From positions 1 through 61,909 of IMG/VR virus record IMGVR_UViG_3300049811_000099: 61,909 bases of DNA; one strand, 5' to 3'. This stretch comes from a virus. The notes under the pieces were generated by a model that saw only the letters and a program-made list of their open reading frames with translations, searched no databases and had not been told where the DNA came from. Every line of letters begins with the position of its first letter. Position 1 is the stretch's first letter. A program made the position numbers and the translations under genes. Shown here piece after piece: positions 51,863 through 60,941 of the stretch.

Positions 51863-52767
51863 CGACCCCAAGCATTCACCTCGGTCTTGCGGGGTACTAC
51901 AAACTCGAAGCGATCCGCCCGGACGGGACTCGTCGGCTGCTGGCTGACTGGTTCCCGAACATCATCACGAACGCTGGGCTCAATCGGATCGGCACCACCT
52001 TCGCGTTTGACCGCGCGTTGGTTGGAACTGGATCGTCAGTCCCCAGCGTCTCGCAGACGCAACTGGACAGTCGGATTGCAACCACGACGACGACTGCCCC
52101 TGGTGGGTTTACTTCGGGCAGTTTCACGACAGGCCCGATTGCCGACCACTACGGCTGGACCCGTTGGATCTACCGCTTCAACACAGGTGTCGCCACTGGC
52201 AACCTCACAGAAGTTGGCGTTGGTCACAGTGACACGGCAGTGTTCTCACGAGCACTGATCCTGGATGGCAACGGCAACCCGACCACGGTCACTGTGCTGT
52301 CTGACGAATCCCTGGATGTCACTTACGAACTGCGGCTCTACGCGAACGTCGCTGACGTGACCGGCAACATCACGATCAGCGGGACCACCTACGCATTTGT
52401 CCTTCGACCGAGCAACTACCCTACGTCCTTTGCCGATCCGGGCTATCGAGCAGGCGGGGTTCTCGGCTTCGCCAATCCTACGGGTCAAGCGTTCGGATCA
52501 GGTTCTCTTGGGGCAGCAGACACGGCCCCATCGGGGCCGTTCATCTCTGGCGGTTCAGGCGAAGCCAACGGGTCATACGTCGCAAACTCCTTTCAGCGTG
52601 ATCTGCGGTACACCTGGGCCTTGAATCAAGGCACGACTGACTTTCACAACATTGCGTTCATTCATGGTCTGGGGCAACACAAGGTCTCTTTCAATCCTCC
52701 TTTGCCGAAGCGCAACACGAACGTCCTGACGCTCGATCTGCGCGTCACTTGGGCTCGCCGCACTTGA
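51859..52767 (+). CDS. Tail protein, paralog A (302 aa)
   Basis: GTG overlaps the upstream stop (GTGA). Shares ADWFPNxITNAGxNR, FSRALxxD and LxDESLDVxYE blocks with 52778..53668. Confidence 0.6.
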   Translation: MTTPSIHLGLAGYYKLEAIRPDGTRRLLADWFPNIITNAGLNRIGTTFAFDRALVGTGSSVPSVSQTQLDSRIATTTTTAPGGFTSGSFTTGPIADHYGWTRWIYRFNTGVATGNLTEVGVGHSDTAVFSRALILDGNGNPTTVTVLSDESLDVTYELRLYANVADVTGNITISGTTYAFVLRPSNYPTSFADPGYRAGGVLGFANPTGQAFGSGSLGAADTAPSGPFISGGSGEANGSYVANSFQRDLRYTWALNQGTTDFHNIAFIHGLGQHKVSFNPPLPKRNTNVLTLDLRVTWARRT

Positions 52768-52777
52768 GGTTCTGCGA

Positions 52778-53668
52778 ATGATTACGAATCACGTTCAGGG
52801 CTTCATGCGCCTCGTGGCGCGCAAGGCTGATGGCTCCGAGCGCGTGGCTGCCGACTGGTTCCCGAACCTCATCACCAACGCCGGAATGAACCGACTCGGT
52901 GCGGCGGTGTCGGCAACTCACGCATGGGTCGGATCAGGCAGCAACGCGCCGCAGTTCACCGACGCGGACCTGCAGTCGCCCATCTCGAAGGCCGGGGCAG
53001 TCGTTGGCGCCCTCGACGCGAATGGCGCGGTCGTGGCTTCCGGCTATGGCTGGTTCCGCCGCACGTTCCGCTTCGCCGCTGGTGAGGCTACTGGCAACGT
53101 CAGCGAAGTCGCTATCGGCTGGAGCAACACCAGCGGCATGTTCTCGCGCGCCCTGGTCAAAGACGCGCTCGGCGTACCGACTGTTGTGACCATCCTGCCT
53201 GACGAGTCGCTGGATGTGGTCTACGAGTTCCGCGCCTACTGGCCGGTGGCTGACGTGCAGAGCAATGCCGTCATCACCGGCACAACCTACGCTGTCACGA
53301 TCCGGCCGATGCAGATCGGCAACTGGGGCATCGCGGCACGCGACATGCTCACGCAACCCAACGTGGCTGGCGCCTTCGCGGCATACGGCGATGCGGCTCT
53401 CGGGGCGAACGATGTCGGCCCGGGTGGTGCGCTGTTGGGGAACCTTCAGGCTTACACCATCGACGCCTACGTCAACGACACCTTTCAGAACATCTATCGC
53501 TGCACCTGGAGCCTGAGCAACATCACGGCTGCGAGCAACGTGCGCAACTTTGGACTGCCGACTCCCCGGGGTCTCTACAAGATGCGGGTCGATCCGATGA
53601 TGCTCAAGGACGGCAACCGGATTCTGAGTTTGGCGCTGGCTGTCGGCTGGTCGCGCAGGGTGATCTGA
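52778..53668 (+). CDS. Tail protein, paralog B (296 aa)
   Basis: See paralog A. Roughly 35-40 percent identity by eye. Confidence 0.6.
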   Translation: MITNHVQGFMRLVARKADGSERVAADWFPNLITNAGMNRLGAAVSATHAWVGSGSNAPQFTDADLQSPISKAGAVVGALDANGAVVASGYGWFRRTFRFAAGEATGNVSEVAIGWSNTSGMFSRALVKDALGVPTVVTILPDESLDVVYEFRAYWPVADVQSNAVITGTTYAVTIRPMQIGNWGIAARDMLTQPNVAGAFAAYGDAALGANDVGPGGALLGNLQAYTIDAYVNDTFQNIYRCTWSLSNITAASNVRNFGLPTPRGLYKMRVDPMMLKDGNRILSLALAVGWSRRVI

Positions 53669-54252
53669 TGGCACTGCCGCAGAACACTCGATCCACCGTC
53701 GCCGTGAGCGGGCTGTACCTGCCGCCCGACGATGCGCTCACGTCGCCACTGCTGGACTACGAGATCGGCGGCGTGGCGATCAACGACGCATCGCAGGGCA
53801 TGCTGGTTCGCACGTGGCGCGGGCTGTTCGACAAGCAGGACGGGTGGCTGTACCTGCAAGCCGACAACGAGACGCCTGTGCAGTGGATTCAGGACTTCGC
53901 AATCACGGAGTTTTCGTTCACCTTCGACCAGAACATGCGCCCGGCCGTGGCCTACGTCAGCGGCGGCGAGATGCGATTGCGGTGGTTCGACACGACCATC
54001 AACAACTACCGCACCGACACGTTCGGCACGGCTCGCAATCCGCGGCTGGCGTTGGACGACAAGCGACCCCTGCTGCTGGCCGGCAACTCGGACATCATCT
54101 TCGCTTACATTCGTGGCGACTCTCTGTACTACCGTCAGCAGCGAGACCGCTTCAACACCGAGCGTTTCTTGCGCTCGGGCATCGAGGCTGACATTCGCTT
54201 GAAGAACATCGGCATGACTCGCAACCTGCGCATGCAATTCGAGTTGGTCTGA
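53668..54252 (+). CDS. Hypothetical tail protein (194 aa)
   Basis: ATGA-type overlap. Call is from position in the tail tip module. Confidence 0.55.
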   Translation: MALPQNTRSTVAVSGLYLPPDDALTSPLLDYEIGGVAINDASQGMLVRTWRGLFDKQDGWLYLQADNETPVQWIQDFAITEFSFTFDQNMRPAVAYVSGGEMRLRWFDTTINNYRTDTFGTARNPRLALDDKRPLLLAGNSDIIFAYIRGDSLYYRQQRDRFNTERFLRSGIEADIRLKNIGMTRNLRMQFELV

Positions 54253-54254
54253 CC

Positions 54255-55103
54255 ATGGCATTCGCTGACCTCGAATCATCCACAGAAGGTGGCCGCCCGG
54301 TCGCTTTGTACGAGTTCACCATGGGCTCGACGGTGTGGCGCTACACGTCTGCCGACGAAGACCTCGTGGTCGGTGGGCAGACCTACGTGCGCGCAGCGAT
54401 CCAGGACGACGGCGTGAAGCAGTCAGGCGAAGCGATTGCCGACGCGCTGCAGATTCAAGGTCCGGTGACGCTTGGTCCGGCCCAGGTCTTCATGTCTGGT
54501 GCCCCGTCACAGCCCATCCTGGTCAGCATCCGATGGATGCACGAGGGCGACTCGGAAGTTCGGGTCGTCTACACCGGAGAGATCAGCCAGATCAACTATC
54601 CGATGCCAGGGCAAGCTCGCATCACGTGCGAGACCTTGGCGTCGTCGATGCGCCGCGAAGGCTTGCGTCTTGCGTGGCAGCGCACATGCCCGTACTCCCT
54701 TTATGACCCGCTGACCTGTCGCGTGAACAAGAGCGCATGGGGCGTGACCTTCACGGTTCGCGGCATCTCTGGCCGTACCGTGTACGTGACGTTCGCCAGC
54801 AGCAAGCCGGCCGGCTACTACAACGGTGGCTTCGTCGAGTGGCAGCACCCGACGCGCGGAATCGAGTATCTCGGCATCGACCGTGAGGGTGACACGTCTG
54901 GATTCGTAGGGCCGCTGCCGGGCGATCCGCTGGAGATGGACGGACTGCCGAACAACCTCTACGTGGGCAGCACCGGCATTGCATATCCGGGCTGCAACTT
55001 CACGCCCGAGCGTTGCCAGTTCTTCGGCAACTACGACAACTACGGCGGCTTCCCGCTGATGCCGGGCAAGAGCCCGTTCGATGGTGATCCAGTCTTCTAC
55101 TGA
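54255..55103 (+). CDS. Tail tip protein of the DUF2163 / BR0599 type (GTA g13-like)
   Basis: CPYSLYDPLTC, GGFVEW and the C-terminal CNFTPERCQFFGNYDNYGGFPLMPG match the BR0599 C-terminal signature as I remember it. Confidence 0.65.
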   Translation: MAFADLESSTEGGRPVALYEFTMGSTVWRYTSADEDLVVGGQTYVRAAIQDDGVKQSGEAIADALQIQGPVTLGPAQVFMSGAPSQPILVSIRWMHEGDSEVRVVYTGEISQINYPMPGQARITCETLASSMRREGLRLAWQRTCPYSLYDPLTCRVNKSAWGVTFTVRGISGRTVYVTFASSKPAGYYNGGFVEWQHPTRGIEYLGIDREGDTSGFVGPLPGDPLEMDGLPNNLYVGSTGIAYPGCNFTPERCQFFGNYDNYGGFPLMPGKSPFDGDPVFY

Positions 55104-55105
55104 TC

Positions 55106-55345
55106 ATGGAACCTCTGACCGCGCTTCTGCTGATTGCCGCGTCTATCGTCATCTCGGCTGCGCTCGCGCCGAAGGTGCAGAGCCCGCCGCCTGAGGCGTT
55201 CGAGGACATCGAGTTCCCACAGGCTGACGAGGGTACGCCGCAAGCCGTGACGTTCGGGGATTGCTGGTCTGAGGACTGGACGGTGCTCGCAGTCGGCAAG
55301 TACCGGACGGAGCCTATCGAGGTCAGCGGCGGAGGCAAGAAGTGA
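55106..55345 (+). CDS. Small tail protein (79 aa) resembling the N-terminal leader of J/GTA-g15-type host-specificity proteins
   Basis: Hydrophobic N-terminus and an ending of ...EVSGGGKK, as found just before the YxYxxS..CxGPI block in fused homologues. Confidence 0.5.
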   Translation: MEPLTALLLIAASIVISAALAPKVQSPPPEAFEDIEFPQADEGTPQAVTFGDCWSEDWTVLAVGKYRTEPIEVSGGGKK

Positions 55346-55548
55346 CTCCTGATCCGCTGATCCGCATCGAGCACGTCCGATCCTGCGGGCTGTGCGTGCG
55401 CGGCGCGCGGCACTGGTTCGAGCAGCACGGCTTGGACTTCGGCAAGTTCCTGCGTGACGGCTATCCGGCCAGTGTGATTCTGGAAACGCGCGACCACCTA
55501 GGGGTCCGCGTGGTCGAGCACGCCCGCAATCTCAATTCTGGGATCTGA
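55342..55548 (+). CDS. Hypothetical 68-aa protein inserted between the two host-specificity gene parts
   Basis: GTG overlaps the upstream stop (GTGA). Contains CGLC. Stops 1 nt before the next ATG. Confidence 0.45.
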   Translation: MTPDPLIRIEHVRSCGLCVRGARHWFEQHGLDFGKFLRDGYPASVILETRDHLGVRVVEHARNLNSGI

Positions 55549-55549
55549 C

Positions 55550-57346
55550 ATGGCTGTCAAGGGCTACCGCTACTTCTTCGCTCTTCACATGGGTATCGGC
55601 CGCGGGCCGGTGGACGAACTCGTCGAGATCAAGGTTGGCGGCAAGACCGCATGGCGAGGCTCAGTGCTCTCGTCGCAGACCGTTCAGGTCAGCGCACGCA
55701 CCTTGTTCGGAGGTGAGGATGGTGAGGGTGGCGTGGAAGGCCCGCTGACCGTGCTCATGGGCAACTCCGATCAGCAGGCGCCCGCAGAGATGGTCGCCAC
55801 GTTCGGCCCGCAGCCGGGGTTCCGTCGCACGTTCACGGCGTTCTTTGACGGGCTGGTCTCGATGATGAACCCGTACCCGAAGCCCTGGTCGTTCCGTCAT
55901 CGGCGTGCCTTAGCCGGGTGGGATGGAGCTCCGTGGTATCCCGAGCGCGCAGTGATCACGCTCGTGCGTCCGGTGTCAATTGGTGAGACGCCTGACAGCA
56001 CTGAAGGCGCTACAGCGCAGCAGGTTGAGACGTTCCGATTCAATCTGCCAACGCCATTCACGTTCACGATCTCGCCCCCTGGCCCCCTAGTCAGTGTCGA
56101 AGTTCTTTGGTACTCGGTGATCGAGCAGGAGGGGACGACGCCAGTCCAGTTGTCGGCGGGCATCCACTACACCGTAGCCGGCAATGTCATCACGTTGACG
56201 CCCGCAGGCGCGATGACGGTGGCTGGGGGCGACGACGAAGCTGTCGCGCGAACCACATTCTCGGTCTCCTACACGTACATCCTGTCCACGAACGGGCCGG
56301 GGGCGACTCTCGGTGACGCCGTAATCAAGGCGATGAACCCGGCGCACATCATCTACGAGTGCCTGACCAATCGGGAGTGGGGCCGTGGACTGCCGCGCAA
56401 CAAGATCGACGACGCAGTCTTCCGCAAGACGGCCGACACGCTCTTCATCGAGCAGTTCGGCATGTGCATTCGCTGGAACCGCCGCGATGAGATCCAATCG
56501 TTCATTCGTCTGATCCAAGACCACATTGGTGCCACGCTTTACGAAGATCGTACGACCGGGTTGATCAAGCTGGATCTGATCCGTGCGAACTACGACCTTG
56601 CGCTGCTGCCGCTGTTCGACTCCAGCAGCGGGTTGATCGAGATCAGCGAAGCGACCGTCTCGTCCTCCACCAAGATGGTCAACGAGGTGCGCGTGAAGTA
56701 CCGAGACCCGGTGACGAACGAGGATCGCATCTCACGCGCGTCGAGCCTCGCCACGCTGCAGGCGTCAGGCGGCGTGATCAACGTGATGACTAAGGATATG
56801 CCCGGTCTGCCGACTGCGGAACTGGCTTCCCGAGTTGCCAAGCGAGAACTGCGAGCCTTGTCTCCGGGCCTGCGCCGATTCACGCTGAAGTTCGACCGTC
56901 GAGGCAACGATCTTGTCCCGGGCGGCGTAGTGCGAATTCGCGATCTGGTGCGCAACATCCCGGATATGGTTTTGCGGATTGCCACCATCGACTACGGCAC
57001 GCTGACGAACGGCGAGATCAACGTCACTGCAGTGCAGGATGTGTTCGACACGCCGCGCGAGAGCTACCCAGTGATCAGCCCGCCCACGTGGATACCCCCG
57101 AGCAATAGAGCTTGCGTCGGCAACTTCCGCCTCTACGAACTGCCGTACCGCACGATCTATCGCCAACTATCGCGTGCCGAGTTTGCGCTCGTGGACAACA
57201 CGTCGGCCTACCTCGGTCTTGCGCTTGACCGTGGGGTCGGCAATGTGGCGAACGCGACGACCGACATTGCCGTGAAGTCCGGTGCCATCGGGGCGGGGGA
57301 GGTGCCGACAAACTCTGACGGGTATTGCGGCTACGTGGCGCCTTGA
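55550..57346 (+). CDS. Host-specificity / central tail tip protein (J-like), main part (598 aa)
   Basis: Starts MAVKGYRYFFALHMGIGRGPVDELVEIKVGGK, which resembles the conserved YSYS..LCEGPI..IWADG block of J/g15-type proteins. Confidence 0.65.
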   Translation: MAVKGYRYFFALHMGIGRGPVDELVEIKVGGKTAWRGSVLSSQTVQVSARTLFGGEDGEGGVEGPLTVLMGNSDQQAPAEMVATFGPQPGFRRTFTAFFDGLVSMMNPYPKPWSFRHRRALAGWDGAPWYPERAVITLVRPVSIGETPDSTEGATAQQVETFRFNLPTPFTFTISPPGPLVSVEVLWYSVIEQEGTTPVQLSAGIHYTVAGNVITLTPAGAMTVAGGDDEAVARTTFSVSYTYILSTNGPGATLGDAVIKAMNPAHIIYECLTNREWGRGLPRNKIDDAVFRKTADTLFIEQFGMCIRWNRRDEIQSFIRLIQDHIGATLYEDRTTGLIKLDLIRANYDLALLPLFDSSSGLIEISEATVSSSTKMVNEVRVKYRDPVTNEDRISRASSLATLQASGGVINVMTKDMPGLPTAELASRVAKRELRALSPGLRRFTLKFDRRGNDLVPGGVVRIRDLVRNIPDMVLRIATIDYGTLTNGEINVTAVQDVFDTPRESYPVISPPTWIPPSNRACVGNFRLYELPYRTIYRQLSRAEFALVDNTSAYLGLALDRGVGNVANATTDIAVKSGAIGAGEVPTNSDGYCGYVAP

Positions 57347-57358
57347 GTGGAGACCGAG

Positions 57359-58573
57359 ATGCCGAACATCGACTACAACATTCGCACTACCACCTCGCCC
57401 CTGTGCCCGACTGCGACCTTGAGTCGTGCCGTCCTGCCGCTGGACGAGGTGTTCTTGATCAGCGTGGTCTCCAGCCCGAGCGGAGCGCCAGTCCGCATCG
57501 GCTCGGCCGCGTTGATCGACGACGAAATCGTGGCTGTGACGGCGATCTCGGGCAGCACGTACACCATGGCTCGCGGCTGTTGCGATACGGTGCCAGCCCC
57601 GCACGCAGTAGGCGCGACGATCTGGTTCTTCGATGACGCCATTGCCAGCGATGGTGTGGAGTACGGATCAACCGAGACGATCTCGGTCAAGCCACTCCCG
57701 AAGACGGCCACGAACCTCCGTGTCCCCATTGAGCAGAGCCCGCCCGCGACGATCACGTTCGCGTCTCGTTTCGCACGCCCGTACCCGCCCGGCAACGTCC
57801 AGGTGCAGTCGCAACCATGGTTCGTCGGCGCCACCCTGAGCAACCTGCAGACCTCGATCACGCTGTCGTGGAATCACCGAGATCGAGTCACGCAGCAGGA
57901 CTTGCTTGTGCCGCACCAAGCCTCGGACATCGGACCTGAGCCCGGCACGACCTACGAGGTGAGCATCCACCTGGACAACGGCACTCAGGTGGCCGAGTTC
58001 GTCGGCATCACCGGCAAGACGTTCAGCTACACGCATACCGCTGCGATCACCGACTTCAACGCAGCCACGCAACCGCGGACCGGCACGATGCGCCTGCGCT
58101 CGCGTCGAGGCGGCTTCGCGAGTTGGCAGCAGTACGTGGTGCCGTTGACTATTCGAGCAGGCAACGAGACGCTTGCCGGCTCCGTGGTCAGCGATCTCGC
58201 CTTGTCCTACACGGTAGACCCGCAGCCGCCCACTCCGGTGACGCGCGACTTGCCGATCAGTTGGATCGTCTTCAACACGACGCCACCAGCGCCTGTGCTG
58301 ACAGCAGAGACCGGTAACTTCATCGCTGATCAGAATGGGAACTACACCTACACGCTGCGCGCGTCCGGGCAGGTCACGAGACTGACGGAAGTCGCGTTCC
58401 TAATTGCTGACCAGGAAGGCGTCACCACTGTGCTGCTGACTGAAGGTATTCACATCTCTCGCGCTGGCAATACGGTGACGTTGCTCCCGGCTGGCCTTGC
58501 TGTTGCAGGCTCAGGGTTCGGCACGGTCGTGACGGTGCCTGCCCGGTTTGAATACTTCTTCATCCCGACCTGA
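57359..58573 (+). CDS. Host-specificity protein, distal part (404 aa)
   Basis: ATG 57359 with GGAG 6 nt upstream (alternative GTG 57347). IDDEIVAV..ARGCCDTVP.PH..GA.IWF and RPYPPGN blocks are typical of J/g15 central regions. Confidence 0.6.
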   Translation: MPNIDYNIRTTTSPLCPTATLSRAVLPLDEVFLISVVSSPSGAPVRIGSAALIDDEIVAVTAISGSTYTMARGCCDTVPAPHAVGATIWFFDDAIASDGVEYGSTETISVKPLPKTATNLRVPIEQSPPATITFASRFARPYPPGNVQVQSQPWFVGATLSNLQTSITLSWNHRDRVTQQDLLVPHQASDIGPEPGTTYEVSIHLDNGTQVAEFVGITGKTFSYTHTAAITDFNAATQPRTGTMRLRSRRGGFASWQQYVVPLTIRAGNETLAGSVVSDLALSYTVDPQPPTPVTRDLPISWIVFNTTPPAPVLTAETGNFIADQNGNYTYTLRASGQVTRLTEVAFLIADQEGVTTVLLTEGIHISRAGNTVTLLPAGLAVAGSGFGTVVTVPARFEYFFIPT

Positions 58574-58636
58574 TTTCGTAGAATCAGGGTCCACAACCAG
58601 TACCGCCGCCAACGTAACGGCACTCAGGAGATCGCA

Positions 58637-59563
58637 ATGCGATTCAGGCACACATTCCTCATCGGCGGCAGTCTTGCGGTGTTGGCGGCGCTGCTACTGA
58701 CCGATCCCGACCAGGGGGTCACGACCGCGATGCTCGTGCTAAGTCTGGTGACGCCGCTCCTGGCCGTAGCATTCGCACACCTCGCTCGCAAGGCCCTGCA
58801 CGACTACCCGGAAGCCGACATGCGGAACCTGTTTCGCATCGCTGCTGGGCACCCCATCGGCGCTGGCATGGCGCTCATCGCGCTGGCTCTCGTGCTGTCG
58901 GCGCTGCTCGGGCTCTTCGGACGTTCGGCGCACGCGCAGCCTGTTCATCCGCGTGCCGTCGCGCTGGCGCCCGTGCTGATCGTCGAGATCGAGCGCCACT
59001 GGTCGGAGGTGCCGCGTCGTGAGTACGTGCCTGCGCTGATCTCGCACGAGTCTTGCATCACCTACACGCACAGTCGCTGCTGGGCTCCGACAAGCCGGCT
59101 GCGCTCGCAGCGTGAAGAGGGCGCCGGGCTCGGCCAGTTGACGCGAGCTTGGCACCCGGACGGTCGGCTGCGCTTCGACGCGCTCGCTGATCTGCGTGAC
59201 CGGCACCCGGCTCTGCGGGAACTCGACTGGGCGACGATCTACAGTCGGCCGGATCTCCAGGTGCGCTCGCTCGTGTTGATGAGCCGGGACAACTGGAACG
59301 CGCTGCGCACAGTGGCCGATCCGATGGAACGACTGGCCATGGCTGACGCGGCCTACAACGGTGGCCTGGGTGGCGTGAAGCGCGAGCGCCGAGCCTGCCA
59401 GATCGCCAGCGCCTGCGATCCGCAGCGGTGGTGGGGTCACGTCGAGCGGCACTGTCTGAAGAGTCGCATGCCCCTGTACGGGACACGCTCGGCATGCGAC
59501 ATCAACCGGCATCACGTGGTCGATGTCTGGGCGCGCATGCCGCGCTATGCGGGGCTGGTGTGA
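58637..59563 (+). CDS. Lytic transglycosylase (SLT-type) endolysin with a three-TM N-terminal extension
   Basis: Catalytic LISHESC and AYNGGLGG motifs in the C-terminal domain. N-terminal ~100 aa holds three hydrophobic helices followed by AHAQP. Confidence 0.65.
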   Translation: MRFRHTFLIGGSLAVLAALLLTDPDQGVTTAMLVLSLVTPLLAVAFAHLARKALHDYPEADMRNLFRIAAGHPIGAGMALIALALVLSALLGLFGRSAHAQPVHPRAVALAPVLIVEIERHWSEVPRREYVPALISHESCITYTHSRCWAPTSRLRSQREEGAGLGQLTRAWHPDGRLRFDALADLRDRHPALRELDWATIYSRPDLQVRSLVLMSRDNWNALRTVADPMERLAMADAAYNGGLGGVKRERRACQIASACDPQRWWGHVERHCLKSRMPLYGTRSACDINRHHVVDVWARMPRYAGLV

Positions 59564-60093
59564 TTCCGGGGTTGCGACAGTGGCTGCCTGCCGCGTTGAT
59601 CGTCAGTGCAGTGCTGGCGGCGGCAGGGGCTTCGTGGACCGTCCGCGGCTGGCAGGCCGACGCCGAGATGCAGCAACTGAGGGCAGAACATGCACAGCAG
59701 ATGGAGTCAATCGCACAAGCAACCCAGCAGGCCGAGCGCGTGCAGCGCGATGAAGAGCAACGACGCGCAGCCGCAGTGCTCGCAGCCGCGGATGCCGAGC
59801 GCCAGCGCGCCAAGGTGCTTGCGGCTCGCAGTGCTGACCTGGAGCGCGCTGCTGGCCAGTTGCGCGACCACATCGCCCGCATCGTTGCCGGTGAAGCCAG
59901 CAGCGATTCCACCATTGCCGATGGAAGCGCGCCAACTACCGGCGCCGGCTTGGTGCTTGCCGACCTGTACCGAGGCGTTGACCGCGAGGCGATTGAACTC
60001 GCTCAAGCGTTTGACCACGCTCGAAGTCGGGGCCTCGCCTGCGAGCAAGCCTACGACTCCCTGACTGAATTACAAGCGGAGGTGCCGCAATGA
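59560..60093 (+). CDS. i-spanin (Rz-like, DUF2514-type)
   Basis: GTG overlaps the endolysin stop. N-terminal TM LPAALIVSAVLAAAG followed by a long coiled coil. Confidence 0.65.
   Translation: MIPGLRQWLPAALIVSAVLAAAGASWTVRGWQADAEMQQLRAEHAQQMESIAQATQQAERVQRDEEQRRAAAVLAAADAERQRAKVLAARSADLERAAGQLRDHIARIVAGEASSDSTIADGSAPTTGAGLVLADLYRGVDREAIELAQAFDHARSRGLACEQAYDSLTELQAEVPQ
59792..60064 (+). CDS. o-spanin (Rz1-like lipoprotein) embedded in the +1 frame of the i-spanin gene
   Basis: MPSASAPRCLRLAVLTWSALLASC has the lipobox LASC. The mature part is proline-rich. Fully nested in 59560..60093. Confidence 0.55.
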   Translation: MPSASAPRCLRLAVLTWSALLASCATTSPASLPVKPAAIPPLPMEARQLPAPAWCLPTCTEALTARRLNSLKRLTTLEVGASPASKPTTP

Positions 60094-60392
60094 GTGGCTT
60101 CCTGACCCTTCGGCGTGGCGACACCTTCGTCGCGAATGCCGAGTTCGCCGTGAATGGCGTTGCCCAAGACATGACCGGCTGGACTCTCGAAGCCACGCTG
60201 CAGTTCGCGAATTGCACGCCTGTCGATCTGGCCGTCTCGTGGGTCAACCGGGCTGGCGGCGTGGCGCAAGTTCGACTGGCCCATGAAGCCACGGAAGAAC
60301 TGAAGGTCGGGGAACACGAACTGCGGATTCGCGCGATCAACCCGAGCGGAGATCGTAGTTCCTGCAATCCGGTGCTGGTGCGGGTCTCCTGA
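60090..60392 (+). CDS. Hypothetical protein (100 aa), start of the distal fibre module
   Basis: ATGA overlap with the spanin gene. Confidence 0.55.
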   Translation: MSGFLTLRRGDTFVANAEFAVNGVAQDMTGWTLEATLQFANCTPVDLAVSWVNRAGGVAQVRLAHEATEELKVGEHELRIRAINPSGDRSSCNPVLVRVS

Positions 60393-60931
60393 TGAGCCGG
60401 CTGACCGTCAAGCTGACCCAGGCGCATGTCGTCAACCCGCAAGTCGGGTTGGCGCTCGCGCCGACGCGCGTCGAGATCGAGCGTCAGCAGCACATCGCGA
60501 CGGTCGTCGAGCCCGCTCCGGGCCGCACGGTGAGCGTGCAGGGGGAGGGCGCATTCGCTTCTTCCGTCTCTGCACCACCAGATCGGAACGTCGTCATCAA
60601 GTTCAACAGCGTCTACACGACGACGCTGGTGAGCGGCGATGCGGTCGTGTCGATCTTCGGGGGTCTCGTCTTCACTGACATTCGTCAGACATTCGAGACG
60701 ATCAATCGCAATCTGAAGTCCTACCCGGCCACGTTCAACTACTCAGCACCGGGTGAACTCGATTCGATCACCTACGACTTAGGTGACGGAAAGAGTATCA
60801 ACAAGCAGTTCGGCTTTGACCAAGGCGTACTCGCTACAATTACGCTGTCCGGGGACGTTCCGGCTGGCGTGAGCCTCACAAAGCACCTGACTTATCAGTC
60901 GGGTCGATTGGTCGCCATCACCTACTCCTGA
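60392..60931 (+). CDS. Hypothetical protein (179 aa)
   Basis: TGATG overlap. Operon context. Confidence 0.55.
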   Translation: MSRLTVKLTQAHVVNPQVGLALAPTRVEIERQQHIATVVEPAPGRTVSVQGEGAFASSVSAPPDRNVVIKFNSVYTTTLVSGDAVVSIFGGLVFTDIRQTFETINRNLKSYPATFNYSAPGELDSITYDLGDGKSINKQFGFDQGVLATITLSGDVPAGVSLTKHLTYQSGRLVAITYS

Positions 60932-60941
60932 AGGATCAGAA

